Positions 1 to 9,200 of a stretch of 61,397 bases of DNA are shown here, in pieces. The translations under genes were made by a program, and so were the position numbers. Origin of the DNA: a virus (Duplodnaviria; Caudoviricetes); IMG/VR virus record IMGVR_UViG_3300042566_000075, positions 1 through 61,397 of that record; one strand, given 5' to 3'. A model generated the notes under the pieces. It was not told where the DNA came from and searched no databases. It saw only the letters and a list, made by a program, of their open reading frames with translations. The first letter of the stretch is position 1, and each line of letters opens with the position of its first letter.

Positions 1-127
1 CTAAGAGCATACCTAAAAGCGTAATCATCGAAACCGGCGAAGTGGCCGTCAAGTGGGGGCTAAAAGAAGCCCAGACGCTGGCGTCCCTTGGCTTTGCCGA
101 TGTCCCATCACCTATTAAGCGCGACTA
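1..127. repeat. 127-bp exact terminal duplication (copy at 61271-61397): circular-assembly overlap
   Basis: ctaagagcat...gcgacta is identical at both ends. The helicase ORF reads in frame through the join. 127 is a common assembler k-mer length. Confidence 0.95.
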
Positions 128-1493
128 CACGTGGACCGGTAAGTTCAAGCCGTTCGCCCACCAAGAGGCAACTGCGTCGTTCCTCACCCTGCACAAACGC
201 GCCTTCTGCTTTAACGAGCAAGGCACAGGTAAGACCGCATCTGTCATCTGGGCCGCCGACTACCTGCTAAACCTAGGTAAAATTAAGCGCGTCCTCGTAC
301 TTGGGCCTCTTTCGATCATGAAGTCGGCATGGCAGCGCGACCTCTTCACCTTCGCTATGCACCGGTCTTGCTCCGTCGCCCACGGTGACGCCAAGCAACG
401 CAAAAAGATTATCGCCGCTGGCGCTGAGTTCGTCATCATAAACTTCGACGGGGTAGCTGTCGTTAAGGACGAGATTATAGCTGGTGGTTTCGACCTCATC
501 GTGGTGGACGAGGCGAACGCCTATAAGAACCCACAGACAAACCGCTGGAAAGTACTAGCGCAAATCTTACAAAGCACCGACGCGGCTCTATGGATGCTTA
601 CTGGTACGCCAGCAGCACAAAGCCCTGTCGATGCGTTTGGTTTGGCGAAGCTCGTAAATCCTGACGGTTGCCCTAAATACTTCGGCCAGTTCCGCGACTC
701 GGTTATGATGAAGGTAACCCAGTTCAAGTGGTCACCTCGACCCGGCTCTGACCGTATTGTCCATCGCGTACTCCAGCCAGCCATCCGGTTCGAGAAGAAG
801 GACTGCCTCGACCTACCAGAAGTGACGTACACTGAACGCGAAGCGCCTCTCACCCCCCAGCAGCGTAAGTACTACAATGAGCTTAAGAACGAGATGCTCA
901 TCGAGGCGGCAGGTGAGGAGGTCAGTGCGGTCAACGCAGCGACCAAGATAAACAAACTCCTGCAAATCAGCGGGGGTGCGGTCTACACGGACACTAAGGA
1001 AGTCATCGAGTTCGACGTATCGAACCGCCTGAATGTGGTCACGGAAGTTATTGAAGAAGCTACTAGTAAGGTACTGGTATTCATACCGTTCACGCACACC
1101 ATCGAATTGTTGCAAGCCCACCTCACCAAACACAAGATTAGCTGCGCGGTCATCAACGGCAAAGTGTCAATGAACAAGCGCAGTGAGATTGTCGAGGAGT
1201 TCCAGTCGCGGAAAGACCCACACGTGCTACTCATACAACCACAGGCTGCATCGCACGGGCTTACGCTTACGGCAGCAGACACAATCATCTGGTATGCACC
1301 AGTGACCAGTGTGGAGACCTACCTACAGGCAAATGCCCGTATCAATCGCCCCGGCCAGAAGAACGCTATGACCATTGTGCACATCAAGGGAAGCCCAGTG
1401 GAGGAGCGGCTGTACGGCATGCTCCGTGGCAACATCGAAAACCATGAAAAAATTATCGACCTATACCGAGAAATGGTAAGCGATACTGCTTGA
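1..1493 (+). CDS. SNF2-family (SF2) helicase, 3' part; true start at 61213 across the join (about 516 aa)
   Basis: Walker A-like EQGTGKT, DEAN box, LTGTP motif III, HGLTL..AD motif V, QANARINRPGQ motif VI. In frame with ATG at 61213. Confidence 0.93.
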   Translation, partial: KSIPKSVIIETGEVAVKWGLKEAQTLASLGFADVPSPIKRDYTWTGKFKPFAHQEATASFLTLHKRAFCFNEQGTGKTASVIWAADYLLNLGKIKRVLVLGPLSIMKSAWQRDLFTFAMHRSCSVAHGDAKQRKKIIAAGAEFVIINFDGVAVVKDEIIAGGFDLIVVDEANAYKNPQTNRWKVLAQILQSTDAALWMLTGTPAAQSPVDAFGLAKLVNPDGCPKYFGQFRDSVMMKVTQFKWSPRPGSDRIVHRVLQPAIRFEKKDCLDLPEVTYTEREAPLTPQQRKYYNELKNEMLIEAAGEEVSAVNAATKINKLLQISGGAVYTDTKEVIEFDVSNRLNVVTEVIEEATSKVLVFIPFTHTIELLQAHLTKHKISCAVINGKVSMNKRSEIVEEFQSRKDPHVLLIQPQAASHGLTLTAADTIIWYAPVTSVETYLQANARINRPGQKNAMTIVHIKGSPVEERLYGMLRGNIENHEKIIDLYREMVSDTA

Positions 1494-1517
1494 CAATGTC
1501 AAAGGGTAGTATATGTA
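1490..1517 (+). promoter_or_regulatory. sigma70-like promoter whose -35 is half of the palindrome TTGACA-A-TGTCAA
   Basis: TTGACA at 1490-1495, palindrome 1490-1502, weak -10 (TATGTA at 1512), followed by RBS AAGGAG and ATG 1555. Confidence 0.5.
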
Positions 1518-1554
1518 GGGTTTGGGGTGCGCCAACCCCAACACGAAGGAGCAA

Positions 1555-1962
1555 ATGATGAATAACGAACAGTCAGTAGAAGAAATGGTGACCGCATACC
1601 GGAAAATCCGTGATGCCATCCGTGACAAAGAGGAGGAGTTCAAGGAAGAACTTGCCTCCCTGAAAGAACAATTAGACCTTGTTGCCGGAGGCTTACTCGA
1701 CATCTGCAATACGCTGGATGTAGATAGCTTACGCACCAACGCAGGAACGGTCTCTCGTCGGGTTAACACTCGGTACTGGACGAGCGATTGGGATGCGATG
1801 TATCAGTTCATTAAAGAACACGATGCACCCTTCCTGTTAGAACAACGCATCCATAATGGTAACTTGAAGCAGTTCTTGGCAGACAACCCAGAGGTTCTTC
1901 CTGTTGGCCTACAAGCCGATAACAAGTACGTCGTACAAGTCCGTAAACCTACATCTAAATAA
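1555..1962 (+). CDS. conserved phage replication-module protein with N-terminal coiled coil
   Basis: GAAGGAGCAAA RBS before ATG 1555/1558. Lies between the helicase and SSB-like genes. Confidence 0.75.
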   Translation: MMNNEQSVEEMVTAYRKIRDAIRDKEEEFKEELASLKEQLDLVAGGLLDICNTLDVDSLRTNAGTVSRRVNTRYWTSDWDAMYQFIKEHDAPFLLEQRIHNGNLKQFLADNPEVLPVGLQADNKYVVQVRKPTSK

Positions 1963-1974
1963 GGGGATATACCC

Positions 1975-2901
1975 ATGTCCAATGAAGTTTCTATTTTCAA
2001 ACAGCCCGGTGCAATCTCGACTTCGGCTAACCGTGGTCAACTCAGTGAACTCGCCAAAAGTTTCGCTGCTAGCGTAGGGGGTGGCACTAACCGCCGTATC
2101 CAGACCAACACCAACGGGACGTTTAAGCGCCTTGTAAACGGTGAGCAGATTGGCGATGCGGTACGTGGCGACATTGATGTCATTATCGTCCATGCGCTGC
2201 CCAAGGTTAGCCGTGTGTTCTATGCTGGGGCTTACGACCCTAACGCTAAGCCAACTCTACCAGATTGCTGGTCGAACAACGGCGACGCCCCAGAAGCTGC
2301 TGCGGGTAACAAGCAGTCAGCAAACTGCGTAAGCTGCCCTAAGAACGTGGTCGGCTCAGGCAGTAACGGTAAGGGCCGCGCATGCCGCTATCAGCGTCGT
2401 ATCGCAGTCATCCTACCTAACGACCCCACAGGGGAAGTGTACCAGTTCAACGTCCCAGCCAAGTCGCTCTTTGGTAAGGGTGTGGGCAATGTGCATCCCT
2501 TCGAAAGCTATGTGCGCTACCTGCTAGCTAACCACGAGTCGCCAGATACAGTGGTAACCAACATTAGCTACGACCTCAACGCCGATAGCATGGAGCTTCT
2601 CTTTACTCCTGTGCGCGGTACCAGCGACGAAGAGCGGGAACTCGTTAAACGTGCGCAGAGTGATGCAGCTACAAAGCGTATGTGCGAACTAACCGTAGCC
2701 CAGCAGGATGGTGCAAAGAAGGAGCCATCCGCTCCTGCACCCGCACCTAAAATTGCTAGGTCGGATGAGCCGGACGAAGAAGCTTCCGCTGTTATAGCGG
2801 AGCCTACGAAGCGCCCTGCTGCTAAGAGTGACGCTACCGCAGAACCTAAAGCCAACCTAGCTGCTGTCATTAGCAACTGGGGTAGTGATGAGGACGATTA
2901 A
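1975..2901 (+). CDS. putative single-stranded DNA-binding/annealing protein with Cys cluster and acidic C-terminus
   Basis: CWS...CVSC...RACR cysteines, low-complexity linker, acidic end WGSDEDD, replication context. Function is inferred. Confidence 0.6.
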   Translation: MSNEVSIFKQPGAISTSANRGQLSELAKSFAASVGGGTNRRIQTNTNGTFKRLVNGEQIGDAVRGDIDVIIVHALPKVSRVFYAGAYDPNAKPTLPDCWSNNGDAPEAAAGNKQSANCVSCPKNVVGSGSNGKGRACRYQRRIAVILPNDPTGEVYQFNVPAKSLFGKGVGNVHPFESYVRYLLANHESPDTVVTNISYDLNADSMELLFTPVRGTSDEERELVKRAQSDAATKRMCELTVAQQDGAKKEPSAPAPAPKIARSDEPDEEASAVIAEPTKRPAAKSDATAEPKANLAAVISNWGSDEDD

Positions 2902-3134
2902 TGACCTACGGCTATAGCCTCAAAACCATTGAAGCTAATAGCGAAGCTGACGATGGGCATCTGGGTGTGCAGCTAGGGAGGACGTGCATTAAGCATGGAG
3001 TCTCTGTGAGCAAAGTTGCACGTGACCTTGGTGCCACACGGCAGTCTGTATACAACTGGTTCTGCGGGGTTAGCGCCCCGCAGGGCGAGTTTATCGGGCT
3101 TATCCGTAAATACATCACCAACTTCCCTGTTTAA
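2901..3134 (+). CDS. Cro/XRE-like helix-turn-helix protein
   Basis: VSVSKVARDLGATRQSVYNWF HTH signature. TAATG coupling to the upstream gene. Confidence 0.8.
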   Translation: MTYGYSLKTIEANSEADDGHLGVQLGRTCIKHGVSVSKVARDLGATRQSVYNWFCGVSAPQGEFIGLIRKYITNFPV

Positions 3135-3188
3135 GTTTCATCCCCCACAAGCAGTAAGCAGGTTAACCTGCAGTGACGAGTGTGCCCA

Positions 3189-6035
3189 ATGGAAGAGTTT
3201 GACCTCCTATCGACAGTACAGCCATCTGAAGGGTGGTTTGCGATTTTCGGTATCAAAGGCAAAGACGATGTAAGACAGACGCTGGTTGAGACGCGTGAGG
3301 AAGCAGATAGGGTAGCCACTCTGTACCTCTCCCAAGAGCGTAATGTTTTCTTCGGTGTTGCTAAATATAAGACAGACGCAGGGCGTACCAAGGACAACGT
3401 ACAGGCGCTCCGTGCCTTATGGCTAGACATCGACTGCGGCGAAAGCAAAGCCGCAATCAGCGAAAAAACTGGCCGCCCTGACGGTTATATAGACCAAGAG
3501 ACAGGTCTTGCCGCGCTACGGGACTTCTGTGGACTCACAGGGTTACCCAAACCTACCCTTGTTAATTCAGGGCGCGGTATACACGCATACTGGACGCTTG
3601 ACCGAGACGTAACCCGCGAAGAGTGGGAGCCTGTCGCCCTCCGCCTCCGTGACTTGTGCTACACCCATAACTTCTTTGTGGACCCAGCAGTGTTTGAGGC
3701 GGCGCGCATACTGCGCATACCGGGCACGTTGAACTTCAAAGACGACCCCCCAAAACCGGTCGAAGTAATGCTCGTCGGGAAGCCGGTTAATTTTGACTGG
3801 CTTATACAGACGTTAGGTGTGAAGCACCTAGCAGCGCAGCCCAAGTGGGAGCCTACCGAACTCGGTAAGGCTATGAACAAAAGCGTCCAGTTCAACTTCG
3901 GCAAGATTATGCGCCGCAGTGAAAAGGGTGAAGGGTGCGCACAGCTTCTCCACGCGTACAGGAACCGTGATACCATAGACTATTACGATTGGTTCCACGC
4001 TATCTCGGTCGCTGCCATGTGCGAAGATGCGCCCGAGGCGGTACATATGATGTCCGAAGGGCACCCAGAATACGACCCTGCCACGGTGGAAAACAAGGTA
4101 GCCACCATCAAAGGTGCAACTAGCTGCGCTAAGTTTGAAGGGAAGAACCCAGCTTTATGTCAAGGATGCAAATGGAAGGGGGAAATCCTCGGCCCTAAGT
4201 ATCTTGGGCGTAAGATAAACGAAGCTAAGAGCAACAAAGTCGAAGAGGTCATAGATACACCCACAGGACCTAAGTCAGAAACATTCTATATACCAGAATA
4301 CCCGTTCCCGTTTTTCCGTGGGGAAGGCGGGGGTATATGGCGTAAGCCACCAAAGGGCGACGGCGACGAAGCGGAGCCTATCCTAGTATACCACAACGAC
4401 ATCTACATCGTGAAGCGTATGAAGGACAGGAAGATGGGAGAAGTCCTAGTCTTCCGCCGCCACCTACCGCTCGATGGAGTAGAAGATTTTTCGGTGCCCC
4501 TTAACGAGGTGTCCTCGAAAGACCTACTTCGCAAAGCTATATCAACATACAGCGTAGCTATTCACCCTAAGAAGTTCGACATGTTCATGGACTACGTGAT
4601 GCTGTCGGTGAACGCTACGCAGAACACAGGAAAGTTAGAAATCATGCGTAATCAATTTGGATGGGCAGACAACAACAGCCGCTTTGTCATCGGCGATCAA
4701 GAAGTTACTCGGGAGGGTATGCTCTATAGCCCACCTTCGGCAGTCACAGCGCCACTAGCACGGTATATGGGGCCGGTAGGCTCACTGGATAAATGGAAAG
4801 AAGTGTGGTCGCTGTACGGACGCCCCGGGTTGGAAGGCCATGCCTTCGCCGCGCTTAGCGCCTTTGGTGCTCCACTCTTGAAGTTCCTTAAGCAGTCCGG
4901 TGCTGCCATCAACCTCGTAAGTCCTGAGTCCGGCACGGGTAAGACAACCATCGCTCGTATGGCTATGAGTGTCTATGGGCACCCCACCGAACTTATTGCT
5001 AAGAAGTCAGACACGCTGAACGCAAAGATGCAGTGGTTGGCCATCATGTGCAACCTGCCATATTGTGTGGACGAAATCACCAATATGAGCGCTGATGATT
5101 TCTCTGAGTTGGTTTACGGTATGTCCCAAGGTAAGGGCAAAGAACGTATGACCGCGGGTGGCAACGAGCTACGTATCAACGAGACCACGTGGCAGACTAT
5201 CTCGATATGTACGTCGAACGCATCGTTCTATGAAAAGCTGTCTATCCGCAAGGATAGCCCTGACGGGGAGATGATGCGCCTGATCGAGTACCGTATTAGT
5301 CAGACGGATGCCATTAGCACCGAAGAAGGCAAGCAGATGTTCGACCAGCAGCTGATGGATAACTACGGCCACGCTGGGCCCATCTTCATGGCCTATGTGC
5401 TAGATAATATGGAGGAGGTTCTCGAAGCATGTAAGAACATCCAGTCTCGGCTTGACCTGCAGCTACGTCTAACACAGCGTGAACGCTTCTGGTCCGCTGG
5501 CGTTGCCGCTAACATCACGGCAGGTTTTATCGCCAAGATGCTGGACCTAATCGACTGGAATATGAACGATATATACCAGTGGGCATGCAACATGATTATC
5601 ACGCTGAGACAAGAGATTGAGCCGCCAGCGACGGACACAAGCCAAATCATCGGGGACTTTGTGAACCGCCACATCCAGAACACGCTCGTCGTAGACGACC
5701 AAGTGGACAGCCGTTCTAACATGGAGGTTAAACCGAAGATGGAACCGAAGGGCGAGCTAATCATTCGGTATGAACCTGACACCAAGATGCTGTTCTTTGC
5801 AGCTAAGAAGTTCAAGGAGTACTGCGTCCAGTTCCAGATTAACTACAAGGAAACCCTGCGTAGGCTAAAGAACGACGGTGTATACATAAGGAGCGACACT
5901 AAGCGGATGTCGAAGGGCATGAGGATTAACACCCTCGGCGTACAAGCACTATTCTTCGACACGTCGGTCAACGGCTTCATGGATGTAGAGGGCTTATTGC
6001 CTGTGGAGATCAGGGATGAAACTGGAGGGAGTTAG
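3189..6035 (+). CDS. primase-helicase (RepB/AEP-like primase fused to DUF927-type P-loop ATPase)
   Basis: WLDIDC, SGRGIHAYW and RILRIPGT primase motifs; Cys cluster; Walker A SPESGTGKTT; Walker B YCVDE. Start set at ATG 3189. Confidence 0.85.
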   Translation: MEEFDLLSTVQPSEGWFAIFGIKGKDDVRQTLVETREEADRVATLYLSQERNVFFGVAKYKTDAGRTKDNVQALRALWLDIDCGESKAAISEKTGRPDGYIDQETGLAALRDFCGLTGLPKPTLVNSGRGIHAYWTLDRDVTREEWEPVALRLRDLCYTHNFFVDPAVFEAARILRIPGTLNFKDDPPKPVEVMLVGKPVNFDWLIQTLGVKHLAAQPKWEPTELGKAMNKSVQFNFGKIMRRSEKGEGCAQLLHAYRNRDTIDYYDWFHAISVAAMCEDAPEAVHMMSEGHPEYDPATVENKVATIKGATSCAKFEGKNPALCQGCKWKGEILGPKYLGRKINEAKSNKVEEVIDTPTGPKSETFYIPEYPFPFFRGEGGGIWRKPPKGDGDEAEPILVYHNDIYIVKRMKDRKMGEVLVFRRHLPLDGVEDFSVPLNEVSSKDLLRKAISTYSVAIHPKKFDMFMDYVMLSVNATQNTGKLEIMRNQFGWADNNSRFVIGDQEVTREGMLYSPPSAVTAPLARYMGPVGSLDKWKEVWSLYGRPGLEGHAFAALSAFGAPLLKFLKQSGAAINLVSPESGTGKTTIARMAMSVYGHPTELIAKKSDTLNAKMQWLAIMCNLPYCVDEITNMSADDFSELVYGMSQGKGKERMTAGGNELRINETTWQTISICTSNASFYEKLSIRKDSPDGEMMRLIEYRISQTDAISTEEGKQMFDQQLMDNYGHAGPIFMAYVLDNMEEVLEACKNIQSRLDLQLRLTQRERFWSAGVAANITAGFIAKMLDLIDWNMNDIYQWACNMIITLRQEIEPPATDTSQIIGDFVNRHIQNTLVVDDQVDSRSNMEVKPKMEPKGELIIRYEPDTKMLFFAAKKFKEYCVQFQINYKETLRRLKNDGVYIRSDTKRMSKGMRINTLGVQALFFDTSVNGFMDVEGLLPVEIRDETGGS

Positions 6036-6210
6036 CTACGAGGTTAACTGGAGAAAGTTCAAACGAGGGACATCTATATTCTTCCCCTGCCTAGACCCCA
6101 AACGCGCTAAGGCACAAGTCCTAGTGGTTACCAAGCGCCTGAAGCTCAAGGTGTTGATAAAAGCGGTGATCGAAGACGGTATTAGGGGTTTACGCGTCTG
6201 GAGAATATGA
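6016..6210 (+). CDS. small basic phage protein (SIFFP...GLRVWR type), possibly DNA-binding
   Basis: 64-aa ORF overlapping the primase stop. Resembles the 56260-56460 protein in layout. Confidence 0.6.
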   Translation: MKLEGVSYEVNWRKFKRGTSIFFPCLDPKRAKAQVLVVTKRLKLKVLIKAVIEDGIRGLRVWRI

Positions 6211-6217
6211 GTATATA
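6189..6217 (+). promoter_or_regulatory. putative promoter for the 6225 small RNA
   Basis: TTTACG (6189-6194), 17-nt spacer, TATATA (6212-6217). Would start transcription near G6225, the first base of the hairpin. Confidence 0.35.
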
Positions 6218-6224
6218 CACCCTT

Positions 6225-6294
6225 GGAAGTTTGCTCCTTCCGTTAGGCACACTTTAACCCCCGGTTGCTCACTCAGCCGGGGGTTTTTATTTTT
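6225..6294 (+). ncRNA. candidate anti-Shine-Dalgarno small RNA 1 (hairpin with UUUGCUC loop plus intrinsic terminator)
   Basis: Stem GGAAG 6225-6229 / CTTCC 6237-6241. 6228-6241 is complementary over 10-12 nt to nine phage RBSs. Terminator follows. Confidence 0.6.
6256..6294 (+). terminator. rho-independent terminator at the convergence of replication and late transcription
   Basis: AACCCCCGGTTG-CTCACT-CAGCCGGGGGTT followed by a T-rich tract. Confidence 0.85.
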
Positions 6295-9200
6295 CCGGTG
6301 CGGCTGCTTGAATACCCGGCAGTGCAAACGGCGCTTCCTTCTTAGTGAAGGTTGAACCGCGCATCTGGAGGTCCCGCTCACGCTTGAACGCGTCGTAGGA
6401 GTTCTGAACAGTTTCTTCCGTAACAACCAGTGGCTCGACGGGGTGCTTTTTGTTGTATTCCACGAGCTTACGCCCTGCCGCGTCCATGTCGGTACGGTCT
6501 CGACTACCGTTTGTTTCGAAGTTGTACATCGCTTCGTTGAGGTCCCGTAGAAGCGACGTGCGTTGTTTTTCCGCGGTAGCGAATAGTTTGTTCCGCGCAG
6601 CGCGCTCCTTCTGGATTTGCGCTAGTTTTGTGGAGCCGAAGCCGGAAAGCTGAGCACCCAGTTGCGAAGAGGTTATCTCTGACTTAGCCAGCATCGGTAG
6701 TTCGCCGCGTGTTTCCGCGCCTTCTTCGGACAAACGGTACGTAGTAGCTACACCCTTAAATGCAGCGGGGAGAACTTTCTCCAGACCGCGAACTACGTCA
6801 CCTTTATACATGTCGGTGAGACCTTCACCGATGCCGGTAATTAGCGAGAGTCCCGGCACGTTAGCTTCGAGTGTCCGGAAAATAGTTTCACTAGTGGTAT
6901 CCGCCGGTTTACCTTCACGGAACCAGAGACCATCAAAAGTAGTACGTGATCCGATGTTAATGTCGGATAGCTCGGATATTGGGCCATTTACCAATATGTC
7001 GCTCAAGCGGTGCTGCAAGCCATCTATACCCGGAATGGTAATTTCCCCGAACTTACTAGGCATAAACTCGTACCGGAACCTGTAGTCAGAGTCGTTAGCG
7101 GTATAAGGGTTGCGCAGACGGCGAAGCTGCGCCTCCTCGTCATCATCGTCAGCCTCAAGCATATCTATGATAGTAGCAATAGTGCTATACAGCGGGAAAC
7201 CAGTTATGCCGTGGAACAAACCACCCATAAGCAAGACGCCCGTCAGTTCGTTCATGGCCTTTAGCCGGTCTTCGACAGACAGAAAGCCTGTCTTGCCACC
7301 CGTCAAAATGCGACGGAAGTTGTTATAGAAGAACGTAGTGGTGTTAACGGCGTACTGCTTAAAGAGAAACAACGCACGGCCAACGTCAGTACCCATCAAA
7401 CGAGGGCGGTTGAAGTCGCTGTAGTTACCCAACGTATCGTTTACGACCCCCACTGCCTTATCAACAGCAGCGTCGAAGTCTTTAGATTTGTTGTACTCCA
7501 ACTCGAAAGCCATCATAAAAGCTATTTCGCGGGTGATACGCTCCGAGGTGTTAAACAACACGGACATGCCGTTTATCGTGGACTCAGCAAGCTGTCCCGG
7601 AGTATACTTAGAAGCTCGGTCGGGCGTAGCTCGACTATCGAGAATACCCGCTACCTGAGTTTCAAAGACAGAACGCTCGTCACGAGCCATGGCAAAAGCC
7701 CGCTTTAGTACCGGGTTGGACCGCACAAACTGAGACTCACCGACAGTAGGTCCAGTATAGGATAGCTCCCCGTCGTCTTCCTCGACGATACCTATAGAGT
7801 CCCATATCTTGGAATACTTAGCCAGCATGATCGAAGACTTGGCGTAGCCGTAATCAGTCCATAGGCGCGGCATCACGCGGACAGGTATACCCGTTGTTTG
7901 CGCTACTGCGGTAGCAGCAGAGGTAAGGAACCAAACAAACGCAGCGCGGTTCAGTCTCGTGACAACGCGACCCGGTTCCTCTGGATTTATCTGCTCTAGT
8001 GCACGCTCTCCGATTTCCACGACGAAGGACTCAAGGCGCGCAGCTTCATCTAGCGGGAAGCCATCAAGGGAAGCCTTCGCTTCTTCGATAGTGTTTTTAA
8101 TACGCTGAGTGTACCGTAGACTGGTAAGCTGGTTAGCGTACTGAAAAGCAGTGGTTTTAAAGTTGCGGAACACATCTGCGCTAAAACCCGTCACGTTATC
8201 AGCGTGTAGGAATTGCTTGCGGATGCTCCGCTCAGGCAGTGTCATCAGGTAAACTTGGTATATCTGGTCTTTAATAGCGCTTACATCGACCTTGCCTTGG
8301 GTAGACGCTTTGTTGATGACCGAGAATATCTCCTGCAACATCCCGCTCTCTTCTTGGAAATTTTCCCGCAGAGAAGTGATGTCGTTACCAATCCGGAATA
8401 TACCATCGGTCCGAGGTACCTTTAGCTCGCGGGCGCGTTTGCGCAGAAAATTGTTACGTGCCCGCGCGCTTTCAAAAGCATAGAACTCACGCCCAGCATC
8501 CCCCTTGCCGACACGTAGCCAGTAGTCGCCGTAACGCTTAAAGGGAAAGTACTGCTCAGGAAAAATCGCTGGGTCAACATCAGGAAACTCGTCGTCGGAC
8601 GACTCTAGCTTACTTACGCGTTCTTTCTCCCGCTCAAGGCGCACGGCCTTCAAAAGAGCTTTCTTAGAAGCGGGGTCGATATCCAGCTTTTTGATTTGCT
8701 CGTCGAGCAGTGTGCGTGTGGTGCTGAGCATATCTTTGTAGTAGTCACGTATCTCTACGTATTGCTTATGCCCATTTTCTTGCTTACCTAGCTCTTCCCA
8801 CAGGTCGTACACCTCTTCGATCTGCGTCCGACGTTGGGTCAACTTGCCTTTAAAAGCAGCTTTTTGTTTAGGTGTAGCGGCTTTGTCCGCAATCAAAGCT
8901 TCATATCGCCGTACAACAGGGTCGTTAACAAGGGCGTCCGCCACTGTGTCATGGGCAGTCGGGTCCACACGATTTAGACGCGCAAGATGCATAGTGCTGC
9001 CCAGCACCTTTTGGCCGTTCTTACCCACGAACTTGGCGAAGCGCTGTGATATCTTAGCGAACCCACTGAGGTAAGCATTACGTTCTGCTCGCGCTTCATC
9101 TTCGAGAGTGGCTATACGCCGCAGGGCGGGCACTTCGCCTTCTTTCCATGCAATAATCCCGTCGGAGGGTAGCGCGTACAAGATACGTTTGAGCATAGTA

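Noticed and set aside
1-127. Biological direct terminal repeat
   Set aside because: Exactly 127 bp and falls mid-gene in the helicase. Best explained as assembler overlap of a circular or permuted contig.
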